Translations under genes and position numbers: made by a program
IMG/VR virus record: IMGVR_UViG_3300028887_000078
DNA: 64,000 nucleotides
Direction: 5' to 3' (one strand)
Source: a virus
Lineage: Duplodnaviria > Caudoviricetes
Notes under the pieces: model-generated
What the model saw: the letters and a program-made list of their open reading frames with translations, nothing else
The model's database searches: none
Told to the model about the DNA's origin: nothing
Part shown: positions 21,639-31,357 of the stretch, piece by piece
How positions within the stretch are numbered: the stretch's first letter is position 1
Layout of the letters: each line of letters starts with the position of its first letter

Positions 21639-21818
21639 AATAAAAAAAAACAAGTATTATGTCTATGGGTTTGCATTTATGCAGTTTATCGGTGATATTA
21701 AGTTGAAAGATATTATTTTTGCAAATGGTGTGAAAAGAAAACCTGTTTTGAGTATATGGAGCATTTTGTGAGAACATACAGATTCAATTAGATTTTTTAA
21801 CAGATTGTATTTTCTATA

Positions 21819-21845
21819 AAAGGAGGTGCCGAAAACACCTCCTTT
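21819..21845. terminator. intrinsic terminator
   Basis: aaaggaggtg-ccgaaaa-cacctccttt hairpin. Confidence 0.7.
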
Positions 21846-21870
21846 CCATTATATTCAATAAAAAGTCGTT

Positions 21871-22473
21871 ATGGCGAGATTGAGCGATACGAGGATAGTG
21901 AACACAAACGGACAATCGGACGACGTGATTGGTTGTTGGAACATTGATATAGACGTTGTGCGGTATGATTCACCCTTTATTGTCAGATTGCTCCGCTTGC
22001 AATACAAACGCAGTGTGTATTCGTGCTTGAATGCCGCGTGCTATCTGTCGTGGATGAAGACCTATGGTAACGATATATCTGTGATATTGGAATATGAAGC
22101 GGCATTTAACCACAGATTGCCGAAACATCGCGATTTGTATTACAATTCAATCGGAGTCAGTCCTGTGTATACACTCTGCCTCAAACAGGATTTTTTCCAC
22201 AAAATCGTGAACGGGGAATGTGCGAGATTCGGGTTCGACCTTATATTGAAAGAGAGTACGACTGTTCCGTATGTGCATAAATATCCGGGCGGTTCACGTG
22301 TGGCGCTTTATGACTTCTGCGCGAACATCTACGGAAGGGACGCGGTCATACGCTATGTCGATGACGAATACATACCCTATGTGACATCGTGCAAATACAA
22401 ACTCGGCGTCGAGGAGAACACGGACGGCAACACTGTGTTCAGACTCACGCCTCTCAAGCGTCTTGATTTATAA
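21871..22473 (+). CDS. hypothetical protein, paralog of the next gene
   Basis: MARLSDT N-terminus; shares VP(Y/F)(V/I)H.YP.G...Y.FCAN.YGR.AV with 22485..23138. Confidence 0.75.
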   Translation: MARLSDTRIVNTNGQSDDVIGCWNIDIDVVRYDSPFIVRLLRLQYKRSVYSCLNAACYLSWMKTYGNDISVILEYEAAFNHRLPKHRDLYYNSIGVSPVYTLCLKQDFFHKIVNGECARFGFDLILKESTTVPYVHKYPGGSRVALYDFCANIYGRDAVIRYVDDEYIPYVTSCKYKLGVEENTDGNTVFRLTPLKRLDL

Positions 22474-22484
22474 AATGAATGAAT

Positions 22485-23138
22485 ATGGCAAGATTGAGTG
22501 ACACCAACATAGTGGATTTGTCAAGCCGCTCGGACGGAGTGTTCTACAAAAAGAATGTGGAGATAGAGGTCGTGAACTACAAAGCGCCGCTCATAAAGAG
22601 GTTGTTCGGGCGCACGCCTTCCGTGTATGACATCCTTTGGAACGCCTGCTATATAAAGTACAGGAGAGTCCCCACATACGTTGAGTTCGATTCGGTGTTT
22701 GCGTTGAGTGGTTCTATGCCGAGATTTTACTACAGTGAATTGCGGGTGACGCCGATTATGACAGTTCCGTTTGAAAAAAACGTGTTCAAGGACGCGGACA
22801 TCAACGGCGCACAGACGCTTTTGCTTGGGATTGAACTGAAAGACAACACGGTTGTTCCGTTCATACACGTCTATCCCGACGGGCGTGCGGGCATCACATA
22901 CACGTTCTGCGCCAACAACTATGGCAGGGAGGCGGTCGTGCAATATATAGAAAACGAATACATACCCTATTTGACGTCGGTCAAGTATTCGGTGTTGGCG
23001 GAAAACCTGCGGGAATCCGAGAATCCGACACCGGACTGCAAGTTCGACTACGACAGACTTGTGCTCACCCCAAAAAACCAAATAAAGGTGAAAGCAACCA
23101 AAATGTCTTGCAGAACGGACTATCCTGAAACAAATTAA
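22485..23138 (+). CDS. hypothetical protein, tandem paralog
   Basis: MARLSDT N-terminus; clear similarity to 21871..22473. Confidence 0.75.
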   Translation: MARLSDTNIVDLSSRSDGVFYKKNVEIEVVNYKAPLIKRLFGRTPSVYDILWNACYIKYRRVPTYVEFDSVFALSGSMPRFYYSELRVTPIMTVPFEKNVFKDADINGAQTLLLGIELKDNTVVPFIHVYPDGRAGITYTFCANNYGREAVVQYIENEYIPYLTSVKYSVLAENLRESENPTPDCKFDYDRLVLTPKNQIKVKATKMSCRTDYPETN

Positions 23139-23150
23139 ATCGAAAACAAT

Positions 23151-23720
23151 ATGGAAACAACTGACAAAATCTTTTTCACATCGGACATACACTTCTGTCA
23201 CGACAGGGAGTTCCTCTACAAACCGAGGGGTTTCAACTGCATTTCCGAAATGAACGAAGCAATCGTAAGGAGATGGAACAATGTTGTCGGAAAGGAGGAC
23301 ACTGTTTACATACTCGGCGACCTTATGCTGCGTGACAACGAGATGGGGGCGGAACTTCTTTGCGGACTGAACGGGATGAAGCGAATCATACGCGGCAACC
23401 ACGACACAGACAACAGGGTTGAACTCTACAGGTCTCTTCCGAATGTTCTCTCGGTGGAGGACGCCGCGTATTTCAAATGGAACGGATACAAGTTCTTCCT
23501 CACACACTTCCCCTGCCTGACGGGTTCCCTTGAGCACAGCGACGCGAAACACACACTCATCAACCTGTTCGGTCACACGCACTCAAAACTGCTGTTCTAT
23601 GAGGACAGACCCTATATGTACAACGTGGCGATGGACGCCCACGATTCAACGCCTGTCTGCATTTCGGAGATTGTGTCCGACATCGAGAAAAAGGTGGCGG
23701 AGTGCAAGGCGATGCTTTGA
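23151..23720 (+). CDS. calcineurin-like metallophosphoesterase
   Basis: SDIHF, LGDL, GNHD, THFP, GHTH motifs. Confidence 0.9.
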   Translation: METTDKIFFTSDIHFCHDREFLYKPRGFNCISEMNEAIVRRWNNVVGKEDTVYILGDLMLRDNEMGAELLCGLNGMKRIIRGNHDTDNRVELYRSLPNVLSVEDAAYFKWNGYKFFLTHFPCLTGSLEHSDAKHTLINLFGHTHSKLLFYEDRPYMYNVAMDAHDSTPVCISEIVSDIEKKVAECKAML

Positions 23721-23723
23721 CGC

Positions 23724-24656
23724 TCACCAATACATAACGCTGTCAGGGATTTTCTTGCCTGTCCTGTCGCAGTGCTCTCGGATTATGTTCCCGCAGTATT
23801 CTATGTAGTCCTTCTGCGAGAAAGTCATCTGCCTGTAGGTTTCCGCAATGTCGTTTCTCGGTTTTTGGTTCGTTATCAGTTTCACGTTCCAAGCGCTGAA
23901 ATCGTATATGTATGTGCAGAGGTCTCTGAAATACTCCCTTGATGTCGTTTTGTCCCTGTCCCATACAATCACGGGTTTGTTCATACACACATATTCGTAT
24001 ATCCTTGTGCAGTTGCTCGTGCAGGGAGTGTCGTAGTGCGGGGCGTCGAATCCATACCTGCACTCGTTCTTCGCCCTGAACTTTTCTTCGCTTTTGTCCG
24101 TGTTCGTTATGTTGATGGTGAGTCTGCCGCCCATCTTGTAAATTATGTCCCCCTGTATCTTGTAAGGTTCCTGTGTGAGCACATTGGCGACCCACATTCT
24201 CGTATTCGTGTCGAACACACACTCCATTTGGATGTCGTATTTCGGTTCCACTGGCGTCTTGTACTTGTCGAACCAAGTCGTGTACCTCAACGGTCTGAAT
24301 CTGTATTTGCTTTCAAGGTTGTGGTGTCTGAAGTATGCGAAGTTCTCTATTTGGAAGTCCCACACTTCGTCCACCTGCCCGCGAAACATATCGTTGATTA
24401 TATTCGTCCAATATTCGGCGCAATATGTGATGTTTCCGTTTTTGTCTATCGGATGCTTGTGTTCGAGGTTCACATAGACCCTTTTTTTGTTCTGTGTGTT
24501 TTCGTGTATCGTTTGCATATCATCGCGGTTGCTGTTTATGCAGAATACGTTTTCCGACATATCCCCGTAATGCTCGTCGTACATATAGCACACGCTTTCA
24601 ATCCAGTCGCTTGCATAGTATATCGGGGTGCCGCATTTCAGTTTTCTCTCTATCAT
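23724..24656 (-). CDS. hypothetical protein, possibly glycosyltransferase-like
   Basis: YVNLEH..DEVWDF..EN and TRIYEYVCMNKPVI resemble GT-B/CgeB-like C-terminal motifs; weak. Confidence 0.4.
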   Translation of the reverse strand: MIERKLKCGTPIYYASDWIESVCYMYDEHYGDMSENVFCINSNRDDMQTIHENTQNKKRVYVNLEHKHPIDKNGNITYCAEYWTNIINDMFRGQVDEVWDFQIENFAYFRHHNLESKYRFRPLRYTTWFDKYKTPVEPKYDIQMECVFDTNTRMWVANVLTQEPYKIQGDIIYKMGGRLTINITNTDKSEEKFRAKNECRYGFDAPHYDTPCTSNCTRIYEYVCMNKPVIVWDRDKTTSREYFRDLCTYIYDFSAWNVKLITNQKPRNDIAETYRQMTFSQKDYIEYCGNIIREHCDRTGKKIPDSVMYW

Positions 24657-24785
24657 TGCAATTCCGTTTCGTTTAATATAACAAAAAGTGATTGTTTTTT
24701 TAGCGATATATCAATGATATATCAAAGTTTTTCGGAATTTGCATTATATTCAAGAAAAGCATTGTGCAGATAACAACGAAACATT

Positions 24786-25181
24786 ATGAGAATAAGCGAA
24801 AGCGGCATCAAGGGCAGTGTGTCGGCGGTTCGGGTCGAACGCTATGACGGGGAGTTCCTAACCGACGAAACCCCTGACTATGTATTTTCATTCTCGGCGA
24901 AACTGAAGTCGAACAGGACAGGTTCGACAAACCTCTACGACTTCTTTGTGTATGTGAAAGAAAACTGGATGAGCGGTTTGATGAGGTCTATTGTCAGTAT
25001 TTCCAAGTATTGCATAAACCGCCACCTTGAAGGAAAAGTCACCACCCTCTACCCAACCCTCTACAGGGTGTCAAGAAAATACATTGACGCCATAATCAGG
25101 GACACCAATAGCGAGGTGTGTTTGCTGTCTGATATTTGTATCACCGATTGTGAAACGAATGATGTTTTGGTATGCGGATAA
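24786..25181 (+). CDS. hypothetical protein (MRISE-type N-terminus)
   Basis: 131 aa; promoter motif at 24742. Confidence 0.6.
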   Translation: MRISESGIKGSVSAVRVERYDGEFLTDETPDYVFSFSAKLKSNRTGSTNLYDFFVYVKENWMSGLMRSIVSISKYCINRHLEGKVTTLYPTLYRVSRKYIDAIIRDTNSEVCLLSDICITDCETNDVLVCG

Positions 25182-25576
25182 GCGGTTCTGACAACATAAA
25201 GCGGTGTGTGGACGGCGTGTGGGCGCACGACGTCGTCCGTGAATATGAAGACAGTGTCTATTCTTTCGCTGGCGACTACAACAGAAACCTCACTATGGAG
25301 ATTGTCGGCGATATGGTTGACGGGGAGTGCGAAAATAAGCGTGTCCTGTTCAGGATTTCGTTCTCAAGCGAAGAAAGTCTGCGCACCGAAAGAATGGACA
25401 ACCTGTATGAGGAGTATTCAAGGTGCAGGGACGTCTGCGGACGCGGCGAGATAACAGATAAAACTCTGAAGATGTCCCTGTGTTACACTTGGTGGTATCT
25501 TTGCCTTCTCGCGCGTTATTATGTCAGGGAGCACGATTGCTTGCTCATAGACGCCATCCGTGTTTTTGAAAACTGA
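25172..25576 (+). CDS. hypothetical protein (MRISG N-terminus)
   Basis: 134 aa; overlaps the stop of the previous gene. Confidence 0.6.
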   Translation: MRISGSDNIKRCVDGVWAHDVVREYEDSVYSFAGDYNRNLTMEIVGDMVDGECENKRVLFRISFSSEESLRTERMDNLYEEYSRCRDVCGRGEITDKTLKMSLCYTWWYLCLLARYYVREHDCLLIDAIRVFEN

Positions 25577-25609
25577 CGTAATTCCATTATATTCAAGAAA
25601 AACTATGTT

Positions 25610-26197
25610 ATGACTTTTATACAGAAAGTGTCCAAAACGATTGAGCGTTTCGGCGGCGTTTTTGTTTCAAAAAGCGCCGACAGCGACAGTGTTTATTATA
25701 ACCTGTACGGAACCAAAGTGCGGGTGTCAAACCATTTCCGCTGCATTGTGAACAAATGCAACGTGAACATTGTCGGTTCGTCAAACGGCACCTACGCAAT
25801 CGTGTGCGTGAACAACATCCCCATTGTCTATAAAAATGCGAGGGAACTCAACCTTTTCCTGCGTATGTATTCCGATTGCCAAAGGTGCAATATGGGCGGT
25901 GCCGAATATGACCTTGCGAAGGAACTCCGGGAAAAGGAGGAGAAACTGAAAAATATGTGCGACGAGATAAAGGAAAGTAACAGCACCGTCACCAAACTAC
26001 GTGCCGAGATAAAGAAAAAGCAGGACGAGATTCGGAACCTGTGTGACGGGGACACCCTGCTTGTTGATTTTGCAAACCTGAACGTGAAGCAGCAGACGCG
26101 AATCAGGAACGAAATCAAAAGTTATATGAATCAGAACTCGTTTTCAAAGAAAAGTCGTCAGTCGACGTCGTCCTCTATGTCGAACGACGCGGAATAG
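25610..26197 (+). CDS. hypothetical protein with coiled-coil C-terminus
   Basis: SVYY..KVRVSNH N-domain followed by a K/E-rich helix; promoter motif at 25585. Confidence 0.65.
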   Translation: MTFIQKVSKTIERFGGVFVSKSADSDSVYYNLYGTKVRVSNHFRCIVNKCNVNIVGSSNGTYAIVCVNNIPIVYKNARELNLFLRMYSDCQRCNMGGAEYDLAKELREKEEKLKNMCDEIKESNSTVTKLRAEIKKKQDEIRNLCDGDTLLVDFANLNVKQQTRIRNEIKSYMNQNSFSKKSRQSTSSSMSNDAE

Positions 26198-26580
26198 GTG
26201 ATGCAACCTGTCTGCGTCAGGTACGACAATCTTACCGTGAACACCCTGTCGTCGGTTATTGACAACTCGGCGCCGTCCGCATAGCATACGAAACTTCCGT
26301 CTGTGTGTCCGTCGGTGAGTCCGATGAACCACAGGGTTTCGTAGATTCCGTCACAACCGTCCGTCGGCAACGCAATCGCAAACTCATAGGTGTCGGGGAA
26401 GAACATCACGATGGCGTATTCCATACGGAGGGTGTCGGTTGTCGGGCAACCGATGCACTCCTGTCTTGTAACCCACCAATCACCCTCGAAAAAAGCGTTT
26501 GGTTCATTTACCTCCCGTGCCTGTGAAAAGCATTGCAGGCAGGCGAACAGCAGGGCGATTGTCAAGATTGTTCTTTTCAT
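26158..26580 (-). CDS. exported protein with signal peptide
   Basis: MKRTILTIALLFACLQCFSQ signal peptide; late promoter at 26611-26618. Confidence 0.65.
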   Translation of the reverse strand: MKRTILTIALLFACLQCFSQAREVNEPNAFFEGDWWVTRQECIGCPTTDTLRMEYAIVMFFPDTYEFAIALPTDGCDGIYETLWFIGLTDGHTDGSFVCYADGAELSITDDRVFTVRLSYLTQTGCITYSASFDIEDDVD

Positions 26581-26689
26581 AATGCGTTTTGTTTCTGTAT
26601 ATCCGTTCCGTATTTATATATCAATGATATATCAATGTCATTTTTCATTGTTTTTTTGTTATATATACATAAGAATAAAATTTATCATT

Positions 26690-27352
26690 ATGGGTTACAG
26701 CAAGTATTTTGAACCGACAAAGGAAGCGATTGAGGAGGTTCGCAAGTACGCATACCGAACAAACGACAATGTTATGCTGAAGTATCAGACGGAACTGTGC
26801 GTGTACTGTATGCTCGACCATTCTTCCGAAAGCATATCAGGCGTAATCAACAAAATCCTCGGATACCTTTCCCTCCTCAACTATGCGATGCGCGGCGTGT
26901 GCTACAAGATTGTTGCAGATGAATGCGAACGCGAAGGGAACTGTGAATTTTGCGGTTGGGTGTATTCCAAAAACACCCCTGAAACAACGGTTGAGGACGC
27001 AACCGAATATACATTGCAGTCACTGGTGGCATTCGCTATGGTGGTAAAGACACCTGATTTTTTCGGACATTCGGAGGACTTCTATGAAAAGAAAAGCGAG
27101 ATTATGTCAGCAATAGAGGATTACTGCGAAGTATGCTCCGTATGTGCGGACTTCGAGATAATCGGCATTTTCGATAAGATGTGTCCGTACAAAGACGAAG
27201 ATGAAAATGAAGATGAGGTTGTCACAGAAGCGCACTCGGACGGTTGCGGGGAGTGTGAAACGTGTTGCGGGGAGAATTTGCACGGTGCCGATTATGACAG
27301 CGATGTGACAAATTCCTGTGTTGAATGGAATGAAACTTCAAGAACCGAATAG
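26690..27352 (+). CDS. hypothetical acidic, Cys-rich protein
   Basis: Start reassigned to ATG 26690 (MGYSKYF) after an AT-rich intergenic region. Confidence 0.6.
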   Translation: MGYSKYFEPTKEAIEEVRKYAYRTNDNVMLKYQTELCVYCMLDHSSESISGVINKILGYLSLLNYAMRGVCYKIVADECEREGNCEFCGWVYSKNTPETTVEDATEYTLQSLVAFAMVVKTPDFFGHSEDFYEKKSEIMSAIEDYCEVCSVCADFEIIGIFDKMCPYKDEDENEDEVVTEAHSDGCGECETCCGENLHGADYDSDVTNSCVEWNETSRTE

Positions 27353-27355
27353 TCT

Positions 27356-27757
27356 ATGTCATTCACAGGAAGTGGAGGTGCATTGGTCGGCAATGTAGGA
27401 TTGCGCAACTATGGGTATGACTGTATAATCTACGGAAAGGTTCCCAATATGTTCAAGGACAAAAACAAGTATTGGAAGCAACTCTGCGACGACTATGTCG
27501 CAAGGTGCGAAACGTCCGAACTATACAATGTCATCCGCAGCGGCAGCGAAATCGTGTCGTATTTCAGTGTCTTGTTCATAGAGTGCATCGGAAATGAATA
27601 CGGAATCGCAATCAAATTCCAAAGACAGTTGTGCACTGAACAGTCTGAAAACTATGCCGCGTCCAAACTGCAAACTTCGGATGTGGTCATCGTCCCCTAT
27701 GTCGTACACGCAGGAAACGGTTATGAAATAGAATACTTTGTAGTAAATGCCAAATGA
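27356..27757 (+). CDS. hypothetical protein
   Basis: 133-aa ORF in an operon-like run. Confidence 0.55.
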   Translation: MSFTGSGGALVGNVGLRNYGYDCIIYGKVPNMFKDKNKYWKQLCDDYVARCETSELYNVIRSGSEIVSYFSVLFIECIGNEYGIAIKFQRQLCTEQSENYAASKLQTSDVVIVPYVVHAGNGYEIEYFVVNAK

Positions 27758-27785
27758 TTCCATTATATTCAACAAAACATAAACT

Positions 27786-29177
27786 GTGAATTGGAAAAAA
27801 CAACTTACGAAACTCGGAGTGACCGACAACGTGGCGAGAAGCAGACTCCTTGCGTTCATTGAAAAGGGGTGCAGGCGTATGGGGGACGATGAAATCACAT
27901 CCCTTGTATGCGACCTGATTGGGTTTCCTGAAAAATATGCCGAGTGCAACGACGTTCAGTTGGCGTCGCTTGCGGCGCTTTTCAGCAAGGAACCTTGCTT
28001 GGCGGAACATCCCATACTTGACAAACCGAAACCGTACAGGTCGTTCTGTTCATCCGATGCAGACCCGCTTGCGGTGTCGCAGATGGATATGGCGATGAGA
28101 CTTCCTGTTTCCGTTGCGGGTGCGCTTATGCCAGACGCCCACGCAGGGTACGGACTTCCGATAGGCGGAGTCCTTGCCACTGACGGTGTGGTAATTCCCT
28201 ATGCCGTAGGACTTGACATAGGTTGCGGTATGGGACTTTCGCTCTATGAGTGCGACCCATCCTATATAGAAAAAAACAGGGAAACCATCGTGAATTGCCT
28301 TCGCGACAACACCGCGTTCGGGATGGACGGCGTGCTTCGCTCCAAGCATTACGACAAACTTTTCGACAGAAAGGAGTTTTCCGAAATACCGATACTGAAA
28401 AAACTCCGTGACAAGGCGGTTCGTCAACTTGGCACAAGCGGGGGCGGAAATCATTTCGTTGACGTTTGTATTGCGAACCTCAACGAAGGAAACCCGTTCG
28501 GGAAGCAGGGAGAGTTTGCGGCAATTCTTTCCCATTCTGGAAGCAGGGGGTTCGGCGCCGCAATCGCGGAGCACTTCACGAATATTGCGAAGGAAACCTG
28601 CCGACTTCCTAAAGCGGCGGGGATGTTCGCTTGGTTGGATATGGGTTCGGAGGACGGTATCTTGTATTGGACTTGTATGAACATCGCCGCCGAGTATGCC
28701 TCACTGTGCCACGAGATAATCCACAACAACGTCGGTTCCTGTATGCGTTCAAAACCGTTTGCTTATGTCCACACACATCACAACCTCGCTTGGTTGGAGG
28801 AAGTTGACGGGTGCCGTTTGGTTGTGCACAGGAAAGGCGCGTCGCAAGCGCACAAAGGTCAGTGCGTCGTGATACCTTCGAGTATGTGCGACTATGGCGT
28901 CATAGGCGTGGGACTCGGTTGCAGGGATTCCCTTGCATCGGCAAGTCACGGCACGGGGAGGGTTATGTCGAGACAGGACGCGAGAAACACAGTCAGCAGG
29001 CATTTCCTCAAAAAACACCTTGCCGAGAACAGGGTGACGCTTGTCGGCGGTAGCGTGGAAGAGGCGCCGCAGGCATACAGGAAAATGGACGATGTTCTCC
29101 CTATGCTCAAGGAGTGTGTCGAGGTTGTCGGAAAAATAGAACCTAAAATCTGTATAATGAGTGAAAGCGATGAATAA
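27786..29177 (+). CDS. rtcB: RtcB-family RNA ligase (PrfH-associated)
   Basis: MPDAHAGYG.PIG, DIGCG, LGTSGGGNHF, HSGSRG, HHN, HRKGA, SHGTGR, EEAP.AY motifs. Confidence 0.95.
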   Translation: MNWKKQLTKLGVTDNVARSRLLAFIEKGCRRMGDDEITSLVCDLIGFPEKYAECNDVQLASLAALFSKEPCLAEHPILDKPKPYRSFCSSDADPLAVSQMDMAMRLPVSVAGALMPDAHAGYGLPIGGVLATDGVVIPYAVGLDIGCGMGLSLYECDPSYIEKNRETIVNCLRDNTAFGMDGVLRSKHYDKLFDRKEFSEIPILKKLRDKAVRQLGTSGGGNHFVDVCIANLNEGNPFGKQGEFAAILSHSGSRGFGAAIAEHFTNIAKETCRLPKAAGMFAWLDMGSEDGILYWTCMNIAAEYASLCHEIIHNNVGSCMRSKPFAYVHTHHNLAWLEEVDGCRLVVHRKGASQAHKGQCVVIPSSMCDYGVIGVGLGCRDSLASASHGTGRVMSRQDARNTVSRHFLKKHLAENRVTLVGGSVEEAPQAYRKMDDVLPMLKECVEVVGKIEPKICIMSESDE

Positions 29178-29799
29178 CGACGCAAACTATTATGTTCTCT
29201 TGACTTCGGGTAGGGGTCCAGTCGAATGCACACGCGTGGTTAACCTTGTCACCAAAGAGTTCGTCTGTTCCGCAAAACTGCACGGCGTTGCCTGCGGCGT
29301 GATTGACAACGAACCTGCGGGGGGCGGGCGCAACTATTCCATCAGGTTCGCGGTCAGCGGCGACGGAAAGTCGCTTTCGGATTTCAGAAACGAATGGGAG
29401 GGGAGCATCCTTTGGGTGGCAAAACGAAATCCGTTCAGACCTCATCACAAAAGAAAGAATTGGTTTGTCGGAATCCGTTTTTTCAAACCACTTGAACGGA
29501 ATGAAGTGAAAGACGCGGACATTGTGTACGACACGATGCGTTCGGGCGGGCACGGCGGTCAGAACGTGAACAAGGTCGAAACGTCGGTCAGGGCGACTCA
29601 CGTTCCGAGCGGGTTGAGCGTGGTTGCGTCGGACGAAAGGTCGCAGTACAGGAACAAGGAAATCGCAAGGGAAAGACTTCTTGCCAAACTCTCCGAACTT
29701 CGGGAAATCGAGGAACTCGGAGAGGAGCGCTGTATGTGGATGTCCCACAACACGCTTGAGCGCGGAAACCCGGTCAAGAAATTCACAGGAGACCTTTGA
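29161..29799 (+). CDS. prfH: peptide chain release factor H (ribosome rescue)
   Basis: LTSGRGPVEC N-terminal motif, NPFRPHHKRKNWFVG, SGGHGGQNVNK (GGQ), ERSQYRNK; overlaps the end of rtcB. Confidence 0.92.
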   Translation: MKAMNNDANYYVLLTSGRGPVECTRVVNLVTKEFVCSAKLHGVACGVIDNEPAGGGRNYSIRFAVSGDGKSLSDFRNEWEGSILWVAKRNPFRPHHKRKNWFVGIRFFKPLERNEVKDADIVYDTMRSGGHGGQNVNKVETSVRATHVPSGLSVVASDERSQYRNKEIARERLLAKLSELREIEELGEERCMWMSHNTLERGNPVKKFTGDL

Positions 29800-29800
29800 T

Positions 29801-30295
29801 ATGAGAATAACACAGAGCGAAAACATCAGGAATACGGTCGCTGGCGACAACCTTTCCGTCCCGCTTGACATAAGCGTGGAACTCGGAACGAAGGGAATTT
29901 GGAAGCATTGCATATACGACGTGCTCAACGGAGAACTTCTGTTTGCCAAAGGTCACACACGCATTTGCGTCACGAGTGTTTGCTATAATTATGACTTGGC
30001 CCGTTTGGGGTGTGAAACGGAGACCAATTACGTTTCCATATTTTATGTCATCGAGGGTGCGAAGTACAGACCCGACGGGTATGCGGTTCTGACGGGCAGA
30101 CTTGTGAGCGTCACAGACAGTTCGGGAAAGCCCTATGAAAGGGACAGTATGTTCCGCTTTGTCTATGAAAACCTCCTGTGCGGAAACTTTTTATTCAACG
30201 CAGAACTGAAGATACCCACGTTCGAGATTGTCGGCGCGGTCTATGACATCTTGAAGGAGGAGAACATCCCGCCCATAAACCCGATATGCCTGTAG
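29801..30295 (+). CDS. hypothetical protein, paralog of the next gene
   Basis: Start reassigned to ATG 29801 (MRITQSE); shares PLDI, TNYV, RFVY.NLL.GNF, IPT.EI..AVYD with 30298..30798. Confidence 0.7.
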   Translation: MRITQSENIRNTVAGDNLSVPLDISVELGTKGIWKHCIYDVLNGELLFAKGHTRICVTSVCYNYDLARLGCETETNYVSIFYVIEGAKYRPDGYAVLTGRLVSVTDSSGKPYERDSMFRFVYENLLCGNFLFNAELKIPTFEIVGAVYDILKEENIPPINPICL

Positions 30296-30297
30296 TT

Positions 30298-30798
30298 ATG
30301 AGAATATGCGACTGCAACAACCTTTCTGAAAAAATTACGGACGGCGAAGTTCCGCTTCCGCTCGACATAGTCGTCCCGTCTTGGGACAAGGACGGAAAGG
30401 GTATTGTCGAACGCGTGGTTTCAAACAGCACATACTTGGGGGAATCTGGTATGCAGGTTGCTGTCAAGAGAATGAAGAACCATTACCGTAACATCGGCAG
30501 TGGTGTAGAACAATTCCGTTACACGTCGACGAACTACGTCCTTGTGTTCTACAGGATTGAGCGCCGTGTGTTCAACGACGACGGCAGCGTAACGATGAAG
30601 GGCGTCCTGTACAGGGGCGATGGACTTCGGATGATTCGTGAACCATACAGTCTTTACAGGTTCGTTTACACCAACCTGCTCGAAGGGAACTTCAAGTTGT
30701 CCATTGTGCTTGGAATCCCCACCATTGAAATAACAAATGCCGTATATGACGCCTCCGCCGAGGAGGACGCCTGTGCAGACAAAAATATGCAGTTATGA
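30298..30798 (+). CDS. hypothetical protein, tandem paralog
   Basis: MRICDC start; similar to 29801..30295. Confidence 0.7.
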   Translation: MRICDCNNLSEKITDGEVPLPLDIVVPSWDKDGKGIVERVVSNSTYLGESGMQVAVKRMKNHYRNIGSGVEQFRYTSTNYVLVFYRIERRVFNDDGSVTMKGVLYRGDGLRMIREPYSLYRFVYTNLLEGNFKLSIVLGIPTIEITNAVYDASAEEDACADKNMQL

Positions 30799-31346
30799 GA
30801 ATATCGGAAAGTCAAATTGGAAACGACGCAGAGAACCCCAATGTCATACGGATTGTCGGGAACATTCCGTCCGCTTCGTCGGAGGAACTTGAAAGGTACT
30901 TTTCTGAAAGGTGCGCTACCTGTTCCAACATCTTCACCGTGCTTGACAATACGTCTTGCGTCGGTTACCCGTTTGACGCACACATTGTTTTTGCAGTCCA
31001 TTCATACGAGGTTGTCAATGAAGGCGGGTTTTACGCCGTTTGGGGCGAGTTTGCCAATTTCGGCAATATCACACCGCAGGCAAGGAAATATGCCGAATAT
31101 CTCAAGAAAAAGGTGCTTGACGGGTGCTATTGGTTGGACATCCACGTTGTGTACATCTATGACGCGGACGCGCCTGACAAGTTCATCAAGGAAATAGAGT
31201 GTGTCGACCTGATTGTCACGCAGACCAAGACGACCGACAATACGCACGAGACTTCCTGTATGAGATTTTCCGAACGAACTGTTGACAATCTGACACAATA
31301 TATCGGCGATATATCTGAAATGTTCGGTTTCCATTATATTCAATAA
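30795..31346 (+). CDS. hypothetical protein (MRISES N-terminus)
   Basis: ATGA overlap with the previous gene. Confidence 0.6.
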   Translation: MRISESQIGNDAENPNVIRIVGNIPSASSEELERYFSERCATCSNIFTVLDNTSCVGYPFDAHIVFAVHSYEVVNEGGFYAVWGEFANFGNITPQARKYAEYLKKKVLDGCYWLDIHVVYIYDADAPDKFIKEIECVDLIVTQTKTTDNTHETSCMRFSERTVDNLTQYIGDISEMFGFHYIQ

Positions 31347-31357
31347 AAAGTGAAATT

